Below the pieces are notes generated by a model, which saw nothing but the letters and a program-made list of their open reading frames with translations, was not told the DNA's origin and ran no database searches. The translations under genes and the position numbers were made by a program. Positions 39,455 through 47,992 of a stretch of DNA of 64,000 nt are shown piece by piece. The DNA comes from Candidatus Desulfobia pelagia (GTDB lineage Bacteria; Desulfobacterota; Desulfobulbia; Desulfobulbales; SURF-16). Each line of letters begins with the position of its first letter. Positions within the stretch are counted from its first letter, which is position 1. The stretch covers positions 6,017 to 70,016 of the forward strand of contig JACNJZ010000045.1 of the NCBI GenBank assembly GCA_014382295.1, written 5' to 3'.

Positions 39455-41554
39455 TTACGCTTCGGGCGGTTTTTCGCCACGGCTTATGGAAACAAAGGAT
39501 TCACAGAGATTAAGCCCCCCTCCTGCCTCATCCATTTTATCAAGGAGTCCGCTCATCAAACGCTGATCGCTCACTCCCTTGTTATACGTTCTTGTCTGTT
39601 TTGGAACTTGTCGTCCGAAACCATGAACTGTAAAGACAGCTTCAGGATGGATAAAATCGGTTACGTGTGCCGGAACAGTTCCCGTATAGCCGTCTGCACC
39701 GGTCATATTCACCCAGTCGCCATTTTTGATCCCCAACTTTGCTGCCTCAGCCGTGTTGATTGACACATAATTATAGGGCATCATCTCATTTAACAGCGGG
39801 TTATTCTGGGTATGGCTGTGGGTATGCAGGCCGCAGCGGCCAAAAACAAGACGATATTTCCCCTCCGGCGGCGCCTCTGGACTCTCGTACGGTTTTAATG
39901 ATTCCAACCCGGCCTTGGTCAGCTTCTCGCTTACTATCTCAATTTTCCCCGACGGGGTTTTAAATTTTCCTTCTAAGTTGTCAGGCTCTGGCGGAATGGG
40001 TGTATCCGTTAATGAAATAAATCCCTTTTCATCAAAATCCTCAATAGTATATCCAGTCGGTTCAAGCTGCCAGTCCCAAAGCTCCTCAATGGAATTGTAC
40101 GGAAAGTATTCATCTACACCCATTCGTGTTGCCAGTTGCTTAAAAATTTCCCAACTCGGTTTCGTGTCAAAAATAGGGTCGATTGCCTTCTTGCGTCGAG
40201 CGAGTCGTGGTTTCGCTCCTTTCTGCACGACAATGTGATTATCCCGCTCCAGGAAAGTGGCATGGGGAAGAATTACATCTGAAAACCAGCCATATTCGCT
40301 GTAATGAACATCAATGGAAACAAGTAATTCACAATTATTAAGTAATGCTTTTTGCGCCTCCGGATCTGGCATCTGAGTGAAAAGATCATGACGCATGGCG
40401 ACCCAGGCCTTAACCGGATAAGGTGAACCGGTCTTCATGGCCTCAAAATTCAGGTGTGCAAGACCGGGTCCCTTATCAAAATGAGTATATTTTTTACCGA
40501 CACCATCAGCCCTTTCGATGTCAGGTTTTGGGCAGTCAAGTGCTCTCGGACCTTTTTTTCCACAATCTCCGGGTCCCCTTGGAATGAGCAGCCCCCCTTT
40601 CTGTTCAATAGAGCCCATGAGCGCATTGATGGTATGAATGGCGCGGCTGGCGTAAAACGAATCTCTGTAACGGGTAAGCATCCAACCGGGATGGAAAATA
40701 ATACTCGGCCTATCGTCATTAATTTCCCGGACAAAATCCTTAATGGCGCCTTCCTCAACCCCGCACTCTTTTGCAGCCCAAGCCGGCGTATATTGTTCAA
40801 CAAAATCGCTTAATTCGCTGAAACCGGAAACCCATTGACTGACAAAGTCATTATCATAGGCTCCCTCCTTGATGATCTGATGCAGAATCCCAAGGCACAG
40901 GGCATAGTCCGTTCCGGGGCGTACCAGGAAAAATCGGGTTGCTTTGTTACTTGTCTTGGTCTGCCGGACATCCACATAGGTCAGGCGACCGCCGTTATCA
41001 AGCATGTCAAGAACCTGACGGTTTTCGGGTATGCGTAATGAATCAAAGGTGTTGCGGCCAAAGAGGACCAAGTGCCGAGAATTCTTGATATCATACTGGA
41101 AACCCTTTCGGCCAACGCCATTAATTGACAGACTGGCATGATGGGTGTTTCTGCCACAGGTATCATCATGGTTGGTATAATTTGGTGATCCAATGGCATG
41201 GCAAAAAGTTTTATACATATCCTGCCATGGGCCACCCCTCGAAGAAACAACTATAGATTCAGCTCCATATTTTTCCCTGATTCCTTTCAGTTTATCGGCA
41301 ACATAATCAAGGGCTTCATCCCAGCTTGCAGTGCGCCATTTACCCTCACCCCTTTCACCTTGCCGGATAAGCGGTTGCTGCGGTCTCTGCTGGTCTTTAG
41401 TAAGGGCAATCCCGGCTGTTCCCCGTGCACAAAGGGCACCGTTCAACAAATGCGGATTGCCCTCTATCCAGGTTACCTTATTATTTTCAGACTCAACGCG
41501 GATAGGACAACGAACAGTACACATTCCGCACATGGTGTACACAGATTTTTTCAT
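39455..41554 (-). CDS. Molybdopterin oxidoreductase catalytic subunit, thiosulfate/polysulfide reductase (PhsA/PsrA)-like, no Tat signal
   Basis: Starts MKKSVYTMCGMCTVRCP (RBS AAGGAG), LCARG, NHDDTC (putative Mo-ligand Cys), SDVILP, TPSGKIE, HTHSHT; DMSO-reductase family. Confidence 0.85.
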   Translation of the reverse strand: MKKSVYTMCGMCTVRCPIRVESENNKVTWIEGNPHLLNGALCARGTAGIALTKDQQRPQQPLIRQGERGEGKWRTASWDEALDYVADKLKGIREKYGAESIVVSSRGGPWQDMYKTFCHAIGSPNYTNHDDTCGRNTHHASLSINGVGRKGFQYDIKNSRHLVLFGRNTFDSLRIPENRQVLDMLDNGGRLTYVDVRQTKTSNKATRFFLVRPGTDYALCLGILHQIIKEGAYDNDFVSQWVSGFSELSDFVEQYTPAWAAKECGVEEGAIKDFVREINDDRPSIIFHPGWMLTRYRDSFYASRAIHTINALMGSIEQKGGLLIPRGPGDCGKKGPRALDCPKPDIERADGVGKKYTHFDKGPGLAHLNFEAMKTGSPYPVKAWVAMRHDLFTQMPDPEAQKALLNNCELLVSIDVHYSEYGWFSDVILPHATFLERDNHIVVQKGAKPRLARRKKAIDPIFDTKPSWEIFKQLATRMGVDEYFPYNSIEELWDWQLEPTGYTIEDFDEKGFISLTDTPIPPEPDNLEGKFKTPSGKIEIVSEKLTKAGLESLKPYESPEAPPEGKYRLVFGRCGLHTHSHTQNNPLLNEMMPYNYVSINTAEAAKLGIKNGDWVNMTGADGYTGTVPAHVTDFIHPEAVFTVHGFGRQVPKQTRTYNKGVSDQRLMSGLLDKMDEAGGGLNLCESFVSISRGEKPPEA

Positions 41555-41640
41555 TAGCTTTTCTCCTTTTCGATGAGGGCGATGCTGGCCCACCCCTTGG
41601 CATTCAAGATGCCGCATATACTGTAAACTGTTTTTTTCAT
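41554..41640 (-). other. 28-codon mini-ORF resembling the N-terminus of the downstream molybdoenzyme
   Basis: MKKTVYSICGILNAKGWASIALIEKEKS*; stop overlaps next start (TAATG). Confidence 0.55.
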
Positions 41641-41776
41641 AATTTACTCTTTAAACAAATAGTTTCGTCTGATACCGTATAAGGAAAGTTGGGAAATCTT
41701 TCCCGACACCTCAGAATCTACACAGGTATGCCAATCAACAGAACTGGAATGCGAAACATGATTTCAATATGGAAGA

Positions 41777-42133
41777 TTAAGAAAGAACTTTGGCTACCTT
41801 TTCTTCCAGTTCCTCCTTGTCAATGGGCTTGACGCAGTATTCCTGGGCGCCAAGAGCCAGAGACTGGCGTGCTGTTTCAATGGTTGGATATCCGGTGAGC
41901 ATAATCACCCTTATTTCGGGATAAACTGCTTTAATTTCAGCCAACACCTCCACGCCGCTCATCTTTTTCAGTTTGATGTCAAGTATGACGAGATCCACCG
42001 TGTTGGACTTAATAAAATCAATAGCATCTTCCTCTTCAGTAAAGGTATGGACTTCATGGTCCTTTCTTTCGAGGATTCTTTTTATCAGAATTCCGGCATC
42101 ATAAACGTCATCTAATACCATAATGCGTGCCAT
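41777..42133 (-). CDS. Single-domain response regulator
   Basis: MARIMVLDD, ILDIKL, MLTGY, VKP. Confidence 0.9.
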   Translation of the reverse strand: MARIMVLDDVYDAGILIKRILERKDHEVHTFTEEEDAIDFIKSNTVDLVILDIKLKKMSGVEVLAEIKAVYPEIRVIMLTGYPTIETARQSLALGAQEYCVKPIDKEELEEKVAKVLS

Positions 42134-42138
42134 TTGAT

Positions 42139-42783
42139 TTACTCCGTCTGATGTACCGGTAACATAGAACCGGTCGAGGGTCTTCGAGCAGACAATCCCG
42201 CCCTGTCGGCAAGAAAACAGCCGATCAACGTAAAAACATATGCAAGAAGAAAGACGACAGTAATACTCACCCCCTGCATAGCCCACCCCTTGTCTGACAA
42301 ATCAATGAGGTAGGGGGAGCCAAATTGGCTGATGAGCTTCTCTGATGGGAAAACAGTGCTCAGCCAATACTGAGAGAGAAAGAGAGGAATCATATACACT
42401 TGCATGTGTCTGGCGAAACGCTGGGCCAGGTACGTGTTGAAATCCTCATCTATTTCATTGTCTGTATACCGGTACAAAGAATCTCGTGCTTTCCAGTCGT
42501 TAAGTAGGTCAATATTCTTCTGCTGTAAACGTTGTGCTGTGAATTTTTCTTTGAACAGTTGATCTCTCTGGACAACCTTCATCCACCGACGAAGAAGTCG
42601 TGACAGCAGAGCGGTAGCCACGGCCACCAGGATGACCTGCCAGAGCACCGGGACATGCAGCACCATAAGGGGCTTGATAATGATCCACTCAAGTCCCATA
42701 CCGATAAGGGTAAAAAAAGGGCTGATCAGAGACTCAAAAAACCAGTCCAGAATGAATATAAATTGCTGAATCAATGTATCCAT
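42139..42783 (-). CDS. Membrane protein, possibly DUF106/TMCO1-like
   Basis: TM segment, charged coiled region, then further TM segments; family call tentative. Confidence 0.55.
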   Translation of the reverse strand: MDTLIQQFIFILDWFFESLISPFFTLIGMGLEWIIIKPLMVLHVPVLWQVILVAVATALLSRLLRRWMKVVQRDQLFKEKFTAQRLQQKNIDLLNDWKARDSLYRYTDNEIDEDFNTYLAQRFARHMQVYMIPLFLSQYWLSTVFPSEKLISQFGSPYLIDLSDKGWAMQGVSITVVFLLAYVFTLIGCFLADRAGLSARRPSTGSMLPVHQTE

Positions 42784-42801
42784 AATTGTATGTCAGGTTA
42801 T

Positions 42802-42844
42802 TTCCCCGAAATTCGCCAATAATCCTGTAGCGAATTCCGGGGAA
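42802..42844 (-). other. Strong intergenic stem-loop downstream of the large TauE gene
   Basis: Minus strand TTCCCCGGAATTCGC-loop-GCGAATTTCGGGGAA; no U-tract. Confidence 0.6.
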
Positions 42845-42874
42845 TTGTCTTCATTTGTTTCCGGCTAAAATTTC

Positions 42875-44569
42875 TTAGCGCAAGAAAGGAATAGCATTAG
42901 TATACTTCAAGAACACGATAATCAGGGCCAGTGCCAGCATTCGTTTCAAGAAGATTTCCGGAAGCTTTTTCTGGATTTTTGGTCCCACCATACCGCCACC
43001 CATGGCGCCAGCAGCAATACAGGCAGCCATAATCCAGTCAGGTTGATAACCCATCATGGCATATTTGGCGATAGCACCTGTTGAGGTGGCGAAGGTCCCG
43101 GCCAGGGCGATGGGTACGGCCAGATACATTGGATAGCCTGCCATGGTGGTCATGAACGGCATGAACATGAAGCCGCCGCCAACGCCAAAGGAGGATGCGA
43201 TAATACCCATAAGGAGGCCGGCGATCAGCATCATCAAAGGACGGGCGACAAAGGTCTCACCCCAGAACCGCATGTCAAACTTCATGAAATTAAATTTGTC
43301 GAATTCCACCTTGCCAAGTTCCATGGCCTTACCTGTTGCTTTGGCTTCTTTTACTGCCGCATTAAATTTCTGGATTATGGCCTTCATGGCCTTTTTCTTT
43401 TCAATGGATCCCGGCAGCGATTCTATAAAGAGTTTAATGCCGATAACCAGGCAGATGATACCCAAGTAAAATTTAAACGCCGCAAGATTCAAATACTTGG
43501 CCGAAAGGGGGGGGCCAATAAAAAAGGCGCCTAAGACAATACCGATGGCAAAAAAGATGGCAACAGGCCAGGCAAATCTTTTTTCCTTGAAATAGGTCAT
43601 GAGACCGGTAATGGGCGAACACAGGGTCAGGAACAGGTTCGTGGGTTTGATGGTGTTACCGGCATTAATACCGATGGGACCCTTGGTGCCGATGACGGTA
43701 ATCTGGAAGGCTGCGGTGAACAGACCGCCTGCCGCGCCCATGATAACAAAGAGCACGCCAATAATGAAGGAGCCGCCAATAACGATTAGCGGATTCATAT
43801 AGACACTACCGGTTTTAAAGAAGAACGTCGATTTTTCAATGGTAATAGGAGTGTCTATTTTCTCACCGTTAACATAGATTGCCAATTTTGTGTTTGGTGC
43901 CAGGTGTTTATAGGGCGTCATAGCCACAGAGAACTTGCCGGTAGTTTTATCCAGTTTCAAGGAAACACCTTTGTTCCATGCTTCATTCTGGACGCCGGAA
44001 TCGGTCATGATCATCCTGGCATTGCCGCCGCCGATGGGGAGTTCCTTGGCTACGGTGTTGATGCCAAACTTTTTCTCATGGGTAAAGGTCAGAAATTTCC
44101 ATTGGGCCTCGGAGTTAATAGGACCAAGCATTGATTTGACCGCAGGATCGATGTCACCCCATTGCTTGATTTTGTTGACCTTGACCTTAAATTTAAAGGG
44201 CGGGAAGGCAAATACGCCTGATGTCTGGCCCTTATCTGATTCCTTCATTTTGGCCAGATTGTCCGGGACATTGGTGATAACATAGTAGGCTGGGGGAATA
44301 GCTGTATCGCCAAAGGCGTCTTTGCCGTCTTTGCCATTTGTCAGGCGTTTCTTTTCCTTGGGCCCTGGAGCATCAGCAGGTCTGAACATTTTGTCGCTGC
44401 TGACAACAACATACAGGTCCTCACCCGGAGTGATGGTTCCCTCTATACTTACCGGGGTTCCGGCCTTGACTGTAGTTGATCCGATTGTTGCCTGTACTGC
44501 CCAGCACTGTGAAGCGATTGCCAGTGAGGCTATTGCCGCCAGTAAGGCAAGAAGTGAAATTCGTTTCAT
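42875..44569 (-). CDS. TauE/SafE transporter fused to a large N-terminal exported domain
   Basis: Signal peptide MKRISLLALLAAIASLAIASQCWA, ~230-aa soluble region, then TSUP motifs GAAGG and SSFGVGGGF. Confidence 0.8.
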   Translation of the reverse strand: MKRISLLALLAAIASLAIASQCWAVQATIGSTTVKAGTPVSIEGTITPGEDLYVVVSSDKMFRPADAPGPKEKKRLTNGKDGKDAFGDTAIPPAYYVITNVPDNLAKMKESDKGQTSGVFAFPPFKFKVKVNKIKQWGDIDPAVKSMLGPINSEAQWKFLTFTHEKKFGINTVAKELPIGGGNARMIMTDSGVQNEAWNKGVSLKLDKTTGKFSVAMTPYKHLAPNTKLAIYVNGEKIDTPITIEKSTFFFKTGSVYMNPLIVIGGSFIIGVLFVIMGAAGGLFTAAFQITVIGTKGPIGINAGNTIKPTNLFLTLCSPITGLMTYFKEKRFAWPVAIFFAIGIVLGAFFIGPPLSAKYLNLAAFKFYLGIICLVIGIKLFIESLPGSIEKKKAMKAIIQKFNAAVKEAKATGKAMELGKVEFDKFNFMKFDMRFWGETFVARPLMMLIAGLLMGIIASSFGVGGGFMFMPFMTTMAGYPMYLAVPIALAGTFATSTGAIAKYAMMGYQPDWIMAACIAAGAMGGGMVGPKIQKKLPEIFLKRMLALALIIVFLKYTNAIPFLR

Positions 44570-44707
44570 TGTATTGTCTCCTCCTTTGGTCAATCCGGGA
44601 AAAGTTTCAATCCCGTTCGACTGTATTGTTTAGTACACGTCAGTTGTTTCTTCCCTTTTATGATTTTGTCACAGCACGCATAACCTCCTTTGCAAAGACG
44701 TTTTTGA

Positions 44708-46264
44708 TCATTTTTCCTCCTTATCGATGTTTTGTGTCTCTTTCCGACAGACCGGCAGCAGCACATGAAACGCCGTGCCTGTGCCGTCTTCTTTATTGGC
44801 AGGACTATCGACTGTGATCCTGCCGTCATGTTCCTGAATGATTCCATAGGAGACGGAAAGTCCCAGGCCGGTGCCCTTGCCCACTCTTTTAGTAGTAAAG
44901 AAAGGATCAAAAATTCTACCTTTCACTTCAGGGGGTATCCCCGGTCCAGTATCACGCACCATGCAATCGATCATTTTTTCTTCGGCAAGGTAGGAGGTGG
45001 TTATGGTAAGGCTCCCTCCATTTTCCATAGCTTGATGGGCGTTGTTTATTATATTGAAAAATACCTGTCGTATTTTCCCCGCATCCCCAGGAACAAGAGG
45101 TAAAGTTTCTGCCAAGATTTTATTCACCTGAATATGGTCAATATCAAGAATATGTTCGGTCACTGCCAGCACTTCATTAACGACTTCATTGAGGTCCAGA
45201 TCTTGTTTAAAACCTCCGGATTGTCTGGAAAACTTCAATAGATCGGCAACAATTTTGCGACAGGCCTTGGCTTGCCTTTCAATAACTATAAGGTTCTGTT
45301 TTTCTTCACTCTCTTTTGGAAAATCATCCTGCATAAGTTGGGCGTAGCCGAGAATGATACCCAGCGGTGTGTTGATCTCATGGGCAACTCCAGCTGCAAG
45401 CTGCCCAACTGAAGCCATTTTTTCCTGGCTTACGAGTTGATCTGTCATGGTCTTGAGCTTCGTCATATCTTTTGCAATACCTTCACACCCGATCATTTGG
45501 CCATGTTCATTGCGGATGGCATTCGCTGTAAGTAAAACATGACAGACAGAACCGTCCTTCTTCTCCATTTCAACCTCAAAATCCCGTACAAAACCATTCT
45601 TGTGAAGGGAAAGCAGATACGCTTCAAGAGCATCATCATTCTTAAAAAAAGAATGGATATTTAAATGTTCGGGAAGTGTGTCGTAGCCCATCATATGCAG
45701 GCCACTGTCATTAATGTCTGAAATAAGTCCTCCATTTGAACAGAAATAGACCATATCCTTGGAATTCTCAAAAAATTGCCTGAATTTTTTCTCAGATTGA
45801 GAAAGTTCAGCGGTTCGCTCTTCCACCATTTCCTCTAAATGCAAGTTTAAACGCATCATTTCGTTGGCCGCATTGATTCGTTGTCTGTTGGCGATTTCCA
45901 GCTTCCTGGCGTTACTTTCGACAATACGAAAGACCTCAACACCTTTATGGTAATAAATAGTGACAGCCGAGACGAAAATCATCATCAAGGAGTTAAACCC
46001 ACCGGAGAACGGCGAGATATGTGCCCATATAGCTTTATTGTCAAATATCAACAGAAACTGTTTGACAATATGACCAACCGCCCTGGAAATAGCAAAAAAC
46101 GCCAACGCAATGCTCAGATAATAAAGAAATCCCCAGATGAAATTTTCCGGCTGCTTGCGGGTCAACAAATAGGCATAACGTAAAGAAAGAAAGGAGAGGA
46201 TAATGATCATTAGTGAACCGATGATATCCGCTAAAGTTGTCGGATAAAGAGGTAGGCTGTTCAT
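44708..46264 (-). CDS. Membrane PAS sensor histidine kinase
   Basis: TM N-terminus, [37 protein letters not shown]. Confidence 0.93.
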   Translation of the reverse strand: MNSLPLYPTTLADIIGSLMIIILSFLSLRYAYLLTRKQPENFIWGFLYYLSIALAFFAISRAVGHIVKQFLLIFDNKAIWAHISPFSGGFNSLMMIFVSAVTIYYHKGVEVFRIVESNARKLEIANRQRINAANEMMRLNLHLEEMVEERTAELSQSEKKFRQFFENSKDMVYFCSNGGLISDINDSGLHMMGYDTLPEHLNIHSFFKNDDALEAYLLSLHKNGFVRDFEVEMEKKDGSVCHVLLTANAIRNEHGQMIGCEGIAKDMTKLKTMTDQLVSQEKMASVGQLAAGVAHEINTPLGIILGYAQLMQDDFPKESEEKQNLIVIERQAKACRKIVADLLKFSRQSGGFKQDLDLNEVVNEVLAVTEHILDIDHIQVNKILAETLPLVPGDAGKIRQVFFNIINNAHQAMENGGSLTITTSYLAEEKMIDCMVRDTGPGIPPEVKGRIFDPFFTTKRVGKGTGLGLSVSYGIIQEHDGRITVDSPANKEDGTGTAFHVLLPVCRKETQNIDKEEK

Positions 46265-46827
46265 TCACCCTCCCCATTACTATCATCGGTTTCAACGGAA
46301 TGATAAAAAGTACGTAAAGCCAGAAACAGGAAAAAAAGAGCGGGAACACTGATCAGGTGATCGAATTTAGCTATATAATAGGCAAGTTTGGCAGAGGAAA
46401 ATGGACCATATATTCTCGTGTATAGATAACTACTCTCGGTATAAAAATCACTTCTATTAATATGAACCTCTATAGTATGGCCGACAAATGCAAGAACATT
46501 CCAGGAAAACATAAAGAGGCAGAAAAGGAGGAGATACCCCCAGCCACGCCCGCTAAATGAATTACGTTTTATGTCCCAGGCAAGATATACCAAGGAAGCC
46601 ATAAAAAGAATATGAGCCAACTGGTGTACGATAAGTCCCTCGGGGGCGTCATGAGTTTGCAGAGCCCAGGAAAGGGATGGGTGTAAAATAATAAAAGCTG
46701 TAGTCAGTATACATAAGAACGTTAAGGGTAGACGGTGGAGTATAAATTTCAAACACCTACCCCTGGTGCAGCAAAAATGATGCACCACGTCGAGGTGCCT
46801 ATAGAAAACTATAAATTCCGTCATCAA
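46261..46827 (-). CDS. Hypothetical membrane protein coupled to the kinase gene
   Basis: Hydrophobic ORF (ALQTHDAPEGLIVHQLAH...FDH); ATGA overlap with kinase; start uncertain. Confidence 0.7.
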   Translation of the reverse strand: MMTEFIVFYRHLDVVHHFCCTRGRCLKFILHRLPLTFLCILTTAFIILHPSLSWALQTHDAPEGLIVHQLAHILFMASLVYLAWDIKRNSFSGRGWGYLLLFCLFMFSWNVLAFVGHTIEVHINRSDFYTESSYLYTRIYGPFSSAKLAYYIAKFDHLISVPALFFLFLALRTFYHSVETDDSNGEGE

Positions 46828-46901
46828 TTGCTATCAGCGATTTTCAAAAGTTGAATTTCTCAAAAAAAACTTCAGAACTAATCATTTCTTCACTACTTAA
46901 A

Positions 46902-46918
46902 GGCAGGAACCATGCCAA
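46902..46918 (-). promoter_or_regulatory. Sigma54 (-24/-12) promoter
   Basis: Minus strand TTGGCATGGTTCCTGC: GG-N10-GC spacing. Confidence 0.75.
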
Positions 46919-46960
46919 ACTAGAGAACACCGGTTATCCATGCATACAACAATCTAGTAA

Positions 46961-46973
46961 TATCAAGGTGTTG
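46961..46973 (+). promoter_or_regulatory. IHF-binding site
   Basis: TATCAAGGTGTTG matches WATCAANNNNTTR, between the sigma54 promoter and upstream palindromes. Confidence 0.6.
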
Positions 46974-47149
46974 AATAATATATTTTTCTAATATTAATAG
47001 CTCACCCTACCATGCAACATCGACAGAGTGGTAGCCAAACGAGGGAAAACGGTGAAACAATAAAACCGCATGCAACCTTTAAGTTGCGCTACTGTGTCGA
47101 CTTCGCGATTGGCAACTTCTTTCTACCTTTGTCGGTGAATCTCTGGCCC

Positions 47150-47717
47150 TGAAAAAAGCGCACGATCTTATCCCATCCGGCTTGGCTGGGGCTTTTAACC
47201 AAGCCCTTATGGAACTTGGTGCCCTTGTCTGCCTGAAAAAAAATCCTTCCTGTGACTCATGCCCTGTGCTGGATGGATGTAAAGCCTATAAACTAATGAT
47301 CATCAACCAACGCCCGATTCCTGCTCCTCGTAAAAAAACAATTCAAATCAACATGGCCTGTGGTGTTCTCAAAAAAAAACGGCTTATTTTTACCCAGAAA
47401 AAGCAAAAAAAGATGCCGGGGCAGGTCTCTAAGAGTTTCCAGGCGGACGCCTGAAAGACGGAGAAAAACTGGAAGATACTGTAGTCAGAGAAATTAAAAA
47501 GGAGGCAGAGCTTGTCGTATACAATGTCAGGCCTGGTAAAACAGTACAGCATTCATATATGAATTACAGAGTGACACTGCATGGCTTTTTCTATGACCAG
47601 AAAAAAATGAAGCAATAACCCGTTCTTCATGCTGCCCAGGAATGTCGTTGAGTAAGTAGAGAGGAACTTGACGATTTCGCCTTTCCAACTGGCCACCGGA
47701 AACTTATCAAACTTTTA
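47150..47717 (+). pseudogene. mutY: Degenerate 3' half of a mutY gene
   Basis: NQALMELGALVCLKKNPSCDSCP and later HSYMNYRVTLHGFF, FAFPTGHRKLI in shifted frames; parallels 62215-62780. Confidence 0.85.
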
Positions 47718-47732
47718 TATGGCTCTTTCTTC

Positions 47733-47900
47733 TTAACAGAAATGACAACACCGTAGATCTGTCATCTCTTTCAAAATTTCGCCGCCACCAAGGATAACGA
47801 CCTGGTCCATTTTTCCCGCCATTTTTTCGACACAGAGAAAATGGAACTCCTGACCGGCAGCCATGCTGTTGAGACGTGCCAGCACGTCTTTAAACCCCAT
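47733..47900 (-). pseudogene. Small ORF or remnant, possibly TusA/SirA-like
   Basis: MGFKDVLARLNSMAAGQEFHFLC...GGGEILK, with YGVVISVKKK in another frame. Confidence 0.3.
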
Positions 47901-47992
47901 CAACAATCTTTTCAGTAATCTGTGTCTATTCTTACACGTTTTCTCATATCTCTTTGAGGTAAAATATCTTAAGATTTCAAGTACAATTTTAG

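Noticed and set aside
41555..41617. Upstream start giving the molybdoenzyme a 21-aa leader (possible Tat signal)
   Set aside because: No RRxF motif or hydrophobic stretch; strong RBS precedes the ATG at 41554
41715..41735. Second sigma54 promoter before the molybdoenzyme (TTGGCATACC...)
   Set aside because: No GC at the -12 position with N10 spacing
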